Assembly: GCA_046563655.1 (NCBI GenBank)
Contig: CM102289.1
Coordinates: 6,572,001-6,636,000 of the forward strand
Reading direction: 5' to 3'
DNA from: Yuukianura sp. NJ FZ-2021
Taxonomy: Eukaryota
DNA: 64,000 nucleotides
A program made the position numbers and the translations under genes. Positions within the stretch are counted from its first letter, which is position 1, and the number at the start of each line of letters is the position of its first letter. Positions 12,510 to 24,986 of the stretch are shown here, in pieces. The notes below the pieces were generated by a model. It was not told the origin of the DNA. It ran no database searches and saw nothing but the letters and a program-made list of their open reading frames with translations.

Positions 12510-14214
12510 TAACGCAGTACTTGTCATTTGTGCCGTCGCAACTCATCAAACTGTTTCGAAAAAATTTATGTTTTCGCACTGCCCCAAAAACATAAAATGT
12601 ATTGCTAATTCAACAATGTGACAGTCATTTAAATAAAATAAAATTAGTACCTTAATTTTAGAACTTTAGCTTACTTTAATTTGGAACAAAATGACGTCCA
12701 GGAATTTTAAATTAAACCAGAATGCTTAGCGTTCGTGCTGGGGCGTCGCGCCAAAAAAGTTCCGCCGTGTTATTTAAAACTTTGACGTTTCGTCCGACCA
12801 CTTCTTAAGATCAAAGCAGCCAATCTAACCTTTGACCTCAACCCATGGTTACATTTCATGCGCTACATTCGAAAATAGGTGTTTTATTTAACGACCATTT
12901 ATCAAAGAAGATCCCCTTGAAATGACTGAATAAGTCTTAAAATGTGAAAAAAAAACAATGTAATTAATTTTGAAAGATTTCAAAAAAAAAGTTGAAAGGT
13001 TACATCTTACATGTTGTAACAATTAATTTGTGGTAACAAGTTAGATGCGAACTATAAGTTTCATTTCCATAAGGAAGGGTTTGGCGTTTTCTGCAGCGCG
13101 GGAGATTCCTTCGTTTGAAAAAATCAAATGATATGACTGATGTATACCAGCTAAACCACTTGTGTCTTTTCAAGGGGCGCCAATGCGTCCAGGGATTTTT
13201 ACTTTTCAGTGTACATTTTAATTAATTGTTAATTAAGTTTAATTTAAAAATAATGCCTGGTATTGTGATTTTGATTTTCCTTTACAAAAACAACGTAAAA
13301 ATGTTTGTGAAAAAAAAAACAGCTAAATTTGTAACGTTTTACAGAAGTCAGCTTAGTAATTCCTCACAAACCTTAAGTCAAATTGGTAAGTGTGGGGTGT
13401 AAAATCTGCAGCTTTTACACCATTTCTAGAGCGGAAATTCTCAACGTTGAAAATTGACGCAGATAAATCGCCTTTAGCGGTTCAATTGTACAATCATATG
13501 ATTCAACTCGAGTGGATATTAGACTATTTGATTTATATCTATCAGATTTACCACCCTACACCAAATAAAACAGTAAAATATCAGGAATGTTATTAGCGTG
13601 ACAGGATAATCGTGGGCTAGATAGTTGTGATGAAAAAATAAGCGATTGGTAAGTCAAATTAAATTCTCAAAGTAAAAAAAAAGTATTGTCACTACAATTT
13701 TTTTTAGCGGCTGCTAACAAAATAGAAGCCGATAGAAAAATGACATTTCGAACTCGATAACAAATATTAGTTACATACATAATGTAATACATAATGGGGA
13801 CGGGACGTTGACCTTTTATTCATACAACTCAAAGCGCACCGCTGAAACGAACCTCTGCTTCTCAGACATCAGAGAAGAAAATTTGTTTACAAATTTATCA
13901 ATTCAGTAATTTCCATTTGCTTGTTTTGATTGTTTTGTGGGTTACTACTCTAGTTTGTCTAGTTTCGTTTCGACGTTGGCCTTTCAAAATCAAATCTTAA
14001 ATGAAACAACTTCATAAATAATTCAAACGCTTCTTCAATTTGACGTTCATACGGTAAGTTATTTGTGGCATTTTTCCATTTGAATTGAGACAGAGTATCA
14101 AACCGACGTTTCAAATGAGAAATTAGATCTGTGTCTAAACGTAAACTGCTACGGTATTGATTAGGGTAATTCCTTGTTTATTTTTATTAGTGGCGTTGTC
14201 TTCCTGGATACACG

Positions 14215-17184
14215 ATGGCGGACCCCAGCAAAGCGTCAGGTCGTACTGCGTCGAAGATGAGCATTTATCGTTGCAAATATTGTGGCAGTACATTCGTTAA
14301 GGCTGATGAACTCATTGCTCACAAACGGGAGAATCACCTCGCGGAAATAATTGCAGCGAAGAGAAGGGAGGCGATGCAGTCACATTCACGTTGCGAAAGT
14401 AATGAAACCGGACATAGTAAAGTCATACCAAAACCAACGTGTACGCCACCGGCAAAATCATCATCAATTTTCGTTTCTGAGTTAGTGCACTTTAAATTGA
14501 TTAATGTGGAAAAGGAACGTTTCTTATTGAAATGTCTGTTTTTAGGAGCACAACTATTTTGGAGTCAAACATTGACGAACATCAGAAGGAAACGAACATT
14601 TTGGATGCAGCGAATAATATGAACGAAGTCAAAAATTTGGATGACAAGGAACAAGAATTTCAACCTGTCATTTCCATTGGATCTGTGAAAACCATCAGCA
14701 CTGTTGGCGAAGAATTCGTTTGTCCGATTTGCAATTCTGCATTCAACTATGATTATCAGTTGATCCAGCATATGAGCGTACATGAAAACGAAAGCGCTGG
14801 GAAAATCGGACCTACCGAGCAGTCCCGTACTAAAACCGGCGCCTTTACAATGGAATTGGACATGGAACCTAAGGAGGAAAAAACGCTCGGGACTACAGAG
14901 CCAGAACGTAACCAGAAAGCTGAACTTCCAGTGCTTCCGCCATGTTACGTTGTGGTAACTCGTCTTATCGTTGTTGACAAGGAACCACCTACCGCTTCCA
15001 ATTCTACAAGTAACAAGGCGCCAGGTCCTATTCGCCGTCACCTAAGTCATTTTGGTCGCAGAACATTTAAATGCAAATATTGCCATAAAAGATTTCAACG
15101 CGTTGGATTGCTCAATCTACACATCAAGGCGGTTCACCATGGAATACCTGCCCCTTCAGAACCGGAGTCTAGTTCAGAATCTCACCAACATTTCGCCAGT
15201 ACCAGTAAGCTCACTCAACTAGATTCGCTACCCCCAGTCGGAGCTGCAACGGGAAGTCAACCTACGAATCTACGTAGTCCGAAACATCATCCTACGTTAC
15301 CATACGTCACAGATTATTCCTTCGGCAAAGCCTGGCATAAATGTACCAGTCCTGGATGTAGTTATGCCACCAAGGACAGAACTTGTATTGAGAGCCACTC
15401 GCGTCATCATATTGAGAGACTACCATTTCAGTGTACATTATGCAATGCAACATTCACTACAAAGTTTGGAAGAAGTTTACATGTGAACAATAGCCACAGT
15501 ATAACTGCTGACGCTAAAATTAGTAATCAGTCCAGCCAACAAAAATTTTCATCAATTTCGACGAAACCCAAGATTAAGATGGCTTTCAACCTTCAGATTG
15601 CCGCAAAGGCTAAGCGGTTAGAAAAATATCGAAGACAGGCAATTCCGGATGGCTTACCACACCCTTGTGTCGAATGCTCGATCGATTTCGATACAAGTCG
15701 AGCATTAGCTTATCATCGCCGAATTAAACATTATAAGCAGGTCAAGTGTAACTACTGCCCATATAAAGCCTTTAGAGGCAATGTGAACATGCACATGCAG
15801 CGGCTTCATAGTAACAAACACGGAACTGATAACGAATGTCAGTACTGCGGTAAGTATTTCCATTCTACAAAGCAACTCTCGCATCACCTCTCGCTGTCTT
15901 CAAATATTTTTTTTTTAAACTCTTTGTGGTTTAACTGTTTAAGGAGCCCGATGTTCGTCATTTGGAGTCTTGAAAAAACATATTGCGTCGGTGCATGAAA
16001 AACCGACCGGAGTTGCACAACCGGAACGAAGGGAAATAAAAGTTCAGAAACGGAAACCGTGGCCAACGGTTCCTATTCAAGAAGAGAAGAGAAATATTCC
16101 GGATGGTCCAAAAAGTCGAAGAATGTACGACTGTAGCCATTGTCCCTATGTGTCCTACAACACCGGAGGTATAAGGCGACATGTCAGAAACGCTCATACG
16201 GTGCAGCGGCGTTTCAAATGTGAACACTGCTCAGCGTCATACGACGCTCCTCATTATTTGGAGATGCACAAGGTACTTCATTCGCAAAATTCGACTCGGG
16301 AAGCGTCGCCAGGGCCAAAGATTGTGTCAGTTACGTCTGTGTCAACGAGTTCCACGAGTAGCACTAGCAGCGTAATCGATGGTTCGACCAATGTCAAGTC
16401 ACTTGTTCGTTCCACCCGACCCACAAAAAGCATGGCTGAAGATAGTGACTTTGATGATGACGACATGGACGTCGAACGAGGCCGTGTGAATATTGCAAAG
16501 AGTAGCAAACCCAAACGTTTTAAGTGTAAGATTTGTGGTCTCGGGTATCCTATGAGTGGCAACTTGTCTCGTCACAAGAAATGTGAAATTCATCTCTACA
16601 ACGAAAACATTTACCGACGCATGAACGGCCTACCGCTACTGAAAAATGCGCCGTCTTTAAGTTCACTACGAGTCAAGAAAGTCCTCTGCAGCATTTGCAA
16701 GATGGTTTTTCAAACATGGGGAACTGTCGATGCACACAAACTGAAAAATCATGGAATTCGGACGAAGACCGAAAAACCTAAGCAAGTAATTCCAACACCA
16801 AGACCAGTATCCAGTGTTACAGCAATTGTTCAATCTCAACCACGATTGTTGGATAAAACAATTGACGAAGTCGCTTCTCAAGGAGCTGGAACTGACATCA
16901 AATGGTCGTCTTCCGACAAAAGCCAAGTAGAGAAAGAGACTGACAATTATAGTGCAAGTGATGGGTAATCAACATTTAAATTACTGAAACAATTTTTATG
17001 ATTTATGAGATTATTGATTGTTAAATTCAATTTCAGTTCCATTTGGGGCAAAGTTTCAAATTCATCGGCTGAAAAAACTGAACTCATGGATACTTCCAGT
17101 TCGCCGGAGGGCAAAAAGGCTGTTTCTGTTACGCAACAAAATAAATCTGGACTTAAGATAACTACCGTAAGGTATGGAAACTAA
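14215..17184 (+). CDS. Multi-C2H2 zinc-finger protein (4 coding exons)
   Basis: Many CxxC-x12-H-x3/4-H fingers (YRCKYCGSTF, FVCPICNSAF, FKCKYCHKRF, FQCTLCNATF, YDCSHCPY, FKCEHCSASY). Introns at about 14480-14547, 15850-15943 and 16964-17036. Stop TAA at 17182-17184. Confidence 0.88.
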
Positions 17185-17542
17185 GAATAAGTCTTCAGCC
17201 TGTTATGCAGGATTTTAGAATATCTAAGTTATGCTTTGACTCTTTGTAACTATACTCAAGACTGTAAAAGTTATGATGTAAATAATTAATTTAATTTTAG
17301 CCCAATTGTTGATGAAATGACTTGTGACATCAATGAGTTTTTGCTTAGGATTTTCAAACTGCTTCCAAAATGTTAAGTTCATAGGATTTTTAAGCATAAG
17401 GCGTATTGTCGGGATGAAATGTATTGATAAGTTTAACGTTGACAAGAGCATGAACAAAAACAAGCTTCTCTTTATTATAAACAATGAGTTGAACATTATT
17501 TAGATTAATTATATGTGAATCCCAATTAATCAATATTTTTTA

Positions 17543-20024
17543 TTAAATTCGCCAATGTTTTCTGATCACTTCACTTCCAAGTTCTCCCAGCATTCTTACC
17601 GTAACGTCATTTGTATTCAAGTCTTCAATTTTAAATAGCGAGCCATCAATTACCCTCAGGCGTCTCACACCCAGTACCCTACATCACATTTTTTTAAAGA
17701 AACGTATTGAATTAAAATAATTTAATAAATACATTTGTATTAGTTATTTTAAGTTACCTAAAGTGTGAATCGACAACTGCATTTGGATCGCTTGAATCTT
17801 TTCCCAACGGAGCAGTTCCACAATACTTGTACGCCGTAATTGTGGAATGACGGGCCAAACATTCGTAGTACGCGTCACTCTTGAACGGAAAAACTTCACA
17901 CCCTGGATAAGGCACGGGAAATAATCTCCCGCCAATCTCTCGAAATGCCTTTGTTTGCTCAACCAATTTCACCGAAAATTTAACACCTAAAACGGAATAT
18001 GAAAATTTTAAGAAAAATCCCAATGCTTAATAAAAAAAAATGTATTCCCAACCTTCCACTAGCGTTTTCACGTCGCGTGGATCCTGAAGATAGCGCGGAT
18101 TAATAATCAGCGGACTCCGTGGATTTGCGTCTCGCAGTCGAACGTATCCGACGCCTCGGGCTCTGTTCATCGTAACCAATTGAAAAAATCCGTCACCATG
18201 CCCCACGGCCTTGTGCAAGTATCGTATTGAAGCGGCGTTATAATTAAAACAGTGTGCAAACACGCTGAGGCCATTGTGCGTCGGAGAAATTCCGAGAACG
18301 TAGGTGTGAATATCCGGGTAGTATCCGTTTTCGGTACGTTTTGAATCTTTGCTATTAATGACCCATGTAGCTTCAGTCTAATTTCAGATTAAAACAAAAT
18401 TTTGACAAAAAAAAATCCAAAATATGAATATTTTTTTTAGCATTACAAGTTGGACGTACCCCACCGGACCCTACGAAGCCCTTCCCCGTTGTCAACCAAG
18501 TCGTCAACGAACTGACGTTGACGTCTCTGTTTATGTCAAATCCGTAGCCAGGAGACACCATGAATGGACCCACGGCGGCTCCATACTTGTCTTGCAGGTT
18601 GAGTCCCACTGGCAGATTTACCAAAACTGGAATCTGAAAAAAAGGAGAAATTCGGAATGTTTTTCAAAATTTTCGCACGCAGCATCTTTTGAAATTTCAC
18701 CCCATGAGTCCTTAGGTGTTCCCTTGGCCCAATTCCGGACAACATAAGGATCTTGGGAGTAGAAAGTGCACCGGCAGCCAAAATAATTTCTTTGGTTGCT
18801 CTTGCAAAGAATGGAAGTCCGTGTCGTTCATATTCTACACCATAAGCTTCATTTCCATTTCGAAAATGAAGTTTTGTAACAAAAGAGAATTTTCGAACAA
18901 CTAAATTTGGACGGATATGAACAATGTTTTTGAGGGAACTGTGGTAGGCGTCTGCGCGGCGTCCAAAATCTTGGTAAAATTCAATCGGTGCAAATCCTAA
19001 ATATCACAAACCAAAAATTTTAAAAAGTTGTGTTTAATTTCTTCATTGTTTTGAAATTTAATTTTGTTTTTGAAAATATTTACCTTCCACATTAGGCGAA
19101 TTTGAATTCGGGTCACGAACTTTGTACCCGAGCTCCATTCCTGCTCGGAGTAAATTATCAGTAAATGCTGTCATTGTCTGAGATTCGACTCCCATTTGAC
19201 CTTGATTTCCATGTTGTCCTTAATAAAAAAAAATTCAGAGTAGAATCTGCAATTTTTGAAAAAGAATCAATATTTACAAAATTTTGAACTAACTGGGATC
19301 AAACAATCCTCTGTAATTTTCCACTTTTCTGTAATATCTCAAAATATTTTGCATTCGCCACATTGGATTTCCAGTTCGAGCTGCAATTTTATCAAATCCT
19401 TGAACGTTACCACGAATGTTGATCATTCCATGTATTGCTGAAGAACCGCCAAGAGTTTTTCCGGCAGGCCAGTACGAAACCTAAAAATTTTGAAAATTTG
19501 TTGAAATTAAGAATCATTAAGAATCCATTCTTGAAAATTTTGTTCAACTTAATATTTACGTTGTAGTTAAGCCCAAAAGCGGCATGACTTTGTGGTACTG
19601 TACGATGAGCCCAATCAATAGATTTTTGATTGTTCAGTGCATAAGCTAGTGTAGGAATGCTTTGCAATTGTGTTGGAACGCCTCCAGCGTCTAGCAGTAA
19701 CACTGATACGCCGGGATTTTCGGACAACCGATTTGCCAAAACACAGCCCGCCGAACCTCCTCCAACTTAAAATAAAAAAAATTTAAGCTATTTTTATTTA
19801 TTTTCTTTTTCAAAATTTGAGAAAAATTGTTTAATCATTTTACCAATAATGAAATCAAAAACTTGTTGTAGCGGTTGAGACGCAATTGTTTCTGCGTCTT
19901 TGTCTCTATCAAGTGAAACCTCGACGTGTAGTAGCGAATCTAAAAAGTTTGCTGCAAAAGTCAAAATTGGCACAAGTACACTCGCAGTAAACAATGCATC
20001 TTTTAAGTACAAAGGAACCAGCAT
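17543..20024 (-). CDS. GMC oxidoreductase (glucose dehydrogenase-like), atypical active site
   Basis: FDFIIVGGGSAGCVLANRLSE Rossmann motif, GKTLGGSS, EIILAAGALSTPKILMLSGIGP, VGLNLQD, AVVDSHFRVLGVRRLRVIDGS. Multi-exon with GT-AG introns and stop at 17543-17545. Confidence 0.9.
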
Positions 20025-20398
20025 TTTAGTAAACTTGCTGAGTTAAAAAACAATTCTAGTGAACTTGATTTTATTTTTCAACCTGGTAAATTTGAAATGT
20101 CAATTTGAACTGACCAAAAACAAGAGAATGAAAGCTTCTCTTTTTGTGAAACGAAAGAGAAACCAAAAGACCTTGAAATTTTTTGAAACTGTCCTAAATC
20201 TCCGATTTCAGACGTTTATTCTCTCTACTTTCACTTTTTCAAAAATTATTAGTTTAAAGATCATACTACTGAAGGAAATTTTCAACAGTTTTGGTTTATT
20301 CTGTTCCGGGGTTTTGTTGTGCATTTCTTATTTTATTTTTCAATTCGGAGATTCTATAAAACTACATTAACACAAAGTGCATTAACACGCTTGTGTGT

Positions 20399-20680
20399 TT
20401 AGGTAGTGTCTTGACCTTGAGGTGCAGTGCTTGCTCTGACAAAGTTCACAAATTCGTCGATACTAACTCGTCGCTCTTTGATCGTATCCGCTTCATGTAC
20501 AGAACCAACAGAACCCGGCGACGCTGTGACCTTGACCGACGTTTCGACCTTGACGGACGGGTCATGAACCAGAATCATCTTCATGATCTCCTCGTATTGC
20601 GTTTGAGAAAGAAATCCATCTTCGGCCAAATCTGCACGACGCGGCGTACTCACCGGCAAAGTCTGCCGTATCATGCACCT
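20399..20680 (-). pseudogene. 5'-truncated, frameshifted paralog of the EF-hand gene at 30075-30557
   Basis: HDTADFAGEYA [frameshift] RADLAEDGFLSQTQYEEIMKMILVHDP...EADTIKERRVSIDEFVNFV aligns with HETDKFAREYATRADLDGDGFIDETDYVELMNMMRVHDP...EADKDKDGKVSITEAVNWI. The N-terminal half is missing, the Ca-binding loops are degenerate and small local duplications are present. Confidence 0.75.
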
Positions 20681-20704
20681 TCCTGTTATAAATTATATTA
20701 ACAT

Positions 20705-22609
20705 TTAAAACCTGACGACTTCCGTAGAGCGAGAGAATGCGCCGTTAAGAGTGCAGTAATATTTCATCAGCTCCAATCCAAACCCAACTACAGAGACAAC
20801 AATACAAATTGCAAAAAGCTGAAAGCATACAAGAATATTTGGACCAAGTTCAACTGGAACAAAATCCGACGATTTTTGATGACGAAGGGACCTAGTTTGA
20901 ACAAATTCTTGTAATTTTGAGTAAAATTTAAACAAGCCATTTGACGCCATTGTTTGCAGATATTGTGCTATCAGTTCTGATCTTTGTCCGGAAGGTTGCC
21001 AAGCAATCAACCCCTCAAACAGCATCTCTTTAACAAAATTACAAGTTATGTTGTATCTTTTGACTTTGTCCAAATCTGTTTGAAGTAAATCCACGTCTCT
21101 CAGAACAGCACATTGGTTTGCCAGTGACGCCATTTGTTCAAGATCGTACATGCGTGACGGACACTTTTTATACAACAGTGGGTCCGACACGTTGATTCCT
21201 TTCTTCTCAATGGTAGCACGTATGTGTGCATCTAAAAATCTGCGCTCGCGTTGAATGCTGAATCCTTTTGCAATAAGCTTCGCATTCGTTTGGATTTGTT
21301 GTTCTGAAGGCGGAATAGTTACTTCGCTGCTAGTTACCGCCTCGTAAATATTGCTTATATAAAAGTAAACAAAAAAGTATAATGTAAACAAAAAAGCAAA
21401 GTAACGCTTATTCGTAGTTGGTGACTGCCGTAGAACCAGTCCAACCAGGAACAAGAAATCCACTCTGTTTATATTTACAGCATTCCTGACAAATAAAAAC
21501 AAAAACCTATGACAATTTCTAAGATGAAATTATCAATTTATGTAAATATTTTGTAAAAGTTAGAACATTTATAATAATAATACCAATACACGCAATTTAA
21601 TACATTTGGCACAATTTTTGAACTTACCGCAATTTGACTTGCGTTGAAAGTGCGTACAAGGCCAGCAATCCAATTACAATGCAGAACCAGGTAGGAATGT
21701 CAAAGGTGTCAAGGAATACATCCAACACGGGAACTAAAATACTCGGATTAGTTTCACAGTAAAGTAAATAATTTTGTAATGGTTTTTCGATTACAAAATA
21801 GGAAAAATTATATCTTGACCTATTAACATGGTTTCCAAGCCAATAGTATCCATTGGCTGTACTGAAATCTAAACTTCCATTGAATAGCAATTTTTTGAAG
21901 TGCAGAATAGGGAGTTTTGGAAAGCATGATTTACCAATATGATCTACCGGATACAAAACATACCGTAGGTATTCCCTGGGAATCGCACAATTGTGATTCC
22001 TCTCATCCTCTGTGTCTCCTGGAAGTACTTTTTCTTCCACATTCTTTAAATCCACATCACTTCTCATGTGCGAATGCTTATAAATTAGAAAAATATGCGC
22101 CCTAGAAATAGTTTTCAAATTTTGGTGGTAAAGCACTGATTCTGAACTAAATAGTGCAAAAGTTGCAGAAGTTATAGAACACGGATGGCAAAACACGCCC
22201 CACTCAACAACACTTTTTGTGCTGGAATTGTACGTAATAAAAACAACTTTTAGAGCAAAGTCATTGAAGTTGAAACCTGTGAACTTCAGCGTGGGCAGTA
22301 GATAGTTTTGAGTTTCATGAAAATTTTGAATATTTTGAATAATGAACATTACAATATATGGAGACTCGTAGATGGCCGAATTGACTGCATTATCAACTAG
22401 GTTTGAAAAGTTGGCATTTTGATAGATGTAGTACTCACAATGTTCATAACGACCAATCGATATTGGGTAGACAAATGTTTTCCAAATATGAGAAAAGACA
22501 AAACTGTTTTCACCGATAGCGGCATAATTTTCTACAGTTTGTATTGTTTCAGAAGTTAACTCATCTGTGTTGCCGAAATTGTCGAAAATGAAATTTACAG
22601 AGCATCCTT
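20705..22609 (-). pseudogene. Divergent ionotropic-receptor-like gene, copy A (start codon and signal peptide deleted)
   Basis: Close paralog of 27411-29410. Homology stops at KGCSVNF (about 22609) and joins directly to sequence matching the upstream flank of copy D (aaaatttctgg...). The first in-frame ATG is at 22349. The rest of the frame is open. Confidence 0.7.
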
Positions 22610-22974
22610 TAAAATTTCTGGTTACGAAAATATAATCTTCTTTTGCCAGAAGCTGCTTATGACACTGTTTCGCTGAGTTATCGTTTTTGTCAGACTCAAT
22701 TTAAAATTCTGGACTAGAAAACAACAAAATTCAAGTTTCTGGAGAAAGCTACTTTTTTTTGCAATGTTTCTTTTTTAACGAGACGAGACTACCTTTTGTA
22801 TTAAATGTTTATTGCCAACAATCAGAATCCTATTAACAGGGTGATTTGAAAAAAAAACAATGCAGATTTTGAATAACATATAAATACGTGCAGCATTAGA
22901 AACTTCTACATAGCTTGTGATTTCAAAATTTTCGAAACTTGAAAGCTTCTGAAGAAATGTTATATTCTGAACAA

Positions 22975-23320
22975 GGTATGATACCCGCTTGTGAAAGCGG
23001 GGCTAGCTTTTGTGGTAGTGTATACGAACACACATAGAAAAACGTATCACTTTTGGGAACCCGTTACCCGTTTGAGATACATTAGTATCATTTATTTTCA
23101 TGAAGGTCCATAATCATGAAATACGACCTCTGAAGTGTTGCCCGTCGGAACGTCAAACTGGATTCAGCATTTTTCACGCGGCGGGTTGCTTGTGCCGAAC
23201 GACGAAACATTCCAAAGCATAGTGAATTGTGAATCTGTCTTTTCCGAATTTATGAAGAACAATCCACTGCTGGAAAATGTCACAAACCAATGCAAACACT
23301 ACCTGTAGTATTCTATTTAC
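22975..23320 (+). mobile_element. Degenerate P-element/THAP9-type transposase C-terminal fragment
   Basis: 23123-23308 translates TTSEVLPVGTSNWIQHFSRGGLLVPNDETFQSIVNCESVFSEF, matching the WI-x3-SRGGL-x2-P...E-x2-F motif of P-element transposase C-termini. An upstream frame-broken GLAFVVVY...RKTY resembles the L-x-Y-x-AGY segment. The stretch has no counterpart in the other array units. Confidence 0.6.
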
Positions 23321-24820
23321 CTTGAAAGCATACAAGAATATTTGGACTAAGCTCAACAGAGGCAAAATCCGATGATTTTTGATGCCGAAGGGACCTAGTT
23401 TGTGCAAAATCGTGTAATTTTAAGTAAAATATAAACAGACCACTTGAGGACATTCTTTGTAGATACTGTGCTATTAGTTCTGATCTGTGACCATAAGGTT
23501 CCCAAACAATTAAACCTTCAAACAGCATCTCCTTTACAAAATTGCAACTTAGTGTTTGATTATTCGTTTTAACGGAGTTTAAATCAGTTTGAAGTGTATC
23601 CACATCTCTCAGAACTGCACATTCGTTTGCAACTGCCATTTGCTTAATTCCGTCCACGTATTGCGGACAATTTTTATGTATAAGTGAATCTGATAAATTG
23701 ATTCTTTTTTGTTCAATTGTGGCACGTATTTGTGCATCTAAGAATATGGGGTACTTCGGAATACTGAAGCCTTTCGCTATAAGTTTTGCATTTGATTGTA
23801 TTTGTTGTTCTGATGGTGGAATTGTTACTTCGCTGCTAGTTACTCCCTCGTAAATATTGCTTATATAAAAGTATACAAAGAAATATAATGTAAACAAAAG
23901 AGCAAAGTAACGCTTGTTTGTAACTGGTGGTTGCCGTAGAATGAGTCCAGTCAGGAATAGAAAATCAACTGTGTTCATATTTACCGAATTTCTAAAAAAC
24001 AACATTTAAAAAAATAATAATTAAATTAACATTAATATTTAAATTATTCATAAAAATTCTTATGATAGTAGTTTATATAATCTTATCGGAATTCTACAAA
24101 ACTTGAATACACCGCTACGCAATGGAGCTTGAATTTTACCGCAATTTAGTAAGCTTACCGAAACGGTTTACCTTACCGCAATTTGACTTGCGTTGAAAGA
24201 ACGTATAATCCTAGCAATCCAATCACAATGCCCATCCATGTTTGTAGGTCAAATGTGTCAAAAAATACGTCCAACACGGGTACTAAAATACTCGGATTAG
24301 TTTCGCAGTAAGGCAAATAATTCTGTAATGGTTTCTCGATTATAAAATAAGAGAAATTTTGTCTTGACCTATTAATTTTGTTTCCAAGCCAATAGTGTCC
24401 TCTGGAAATAATAAACATCCGACTCCCGTTGAATAGCATATTTTGAAGATGCAGAATCGCGTATTCTGGAATACATGTTCTACCATCCTCATCAAGTGGA
24501 TCACGTCGTAGGTATGCTCTAGGAATTTCACAATTATGACATGCGTCATCAAAAGTTTTTCCTGGACGGACTTTTTCTTCCACGTTTTTTAAGTCCACGT
24601 CCGTTCTCATGTGCAGATACTTATAAATTTTGAAAATATATGATCTAGAAATAATTTTCAAATTCCGGCGGTAAAGGCTTGATTCTGGACCGGAAACTGC
24701 AAATATTCCAAAAGTTGTAGAACATGGATGACAAAAAACACCCCAGTCAACGACACTTCTTGTTCTGGAATCATACGTAATAAAAACTATTTTTAAGACA
24801 AAGTAGTTAAACGGGAAACC
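23313..24820 (-). pseudogene. Divergent ionotropic-receptor-like gene, copy B (5' and 3' truncated)
   Basis: Paralog of 24987-27038. The N-terminal ~130 codons are deleted, and the junction at about 24820 joins intergenic sequence like that at ~27255. The reading frame ends NILVCFQGK* before the last TM helix, where the transposase relic begins. Confidence 0.7.
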
Positions 24821-24986
24821 TTTACGTACACAGAATAAAATAGTCACAAATGCAAATTTTGAAAAATGTCTATGACATGCAGGTAGCTTTTTTTTAGAAA
24901 GAAAATCAACAAAGTACCATCAAATACTCAAGAGTCAAGACTACTAACATATGCATACGGACTACTTAGATTATTGGACAAGTAGG

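Noticed and set aside
15895..15970. Apparent frameshift in a poly-T run between the 488-aa and 332-aa zinc-finger ORFs
   Set aside because: A GT-AG intron at 15850-15943 joins them and restores a complete finger.
14565..16926. Antisense ORFs over the zinc-finger gene, and similar shadow ORFs over other genes
   Set aside because: They are shadows of real coding exons with no independent motifs.
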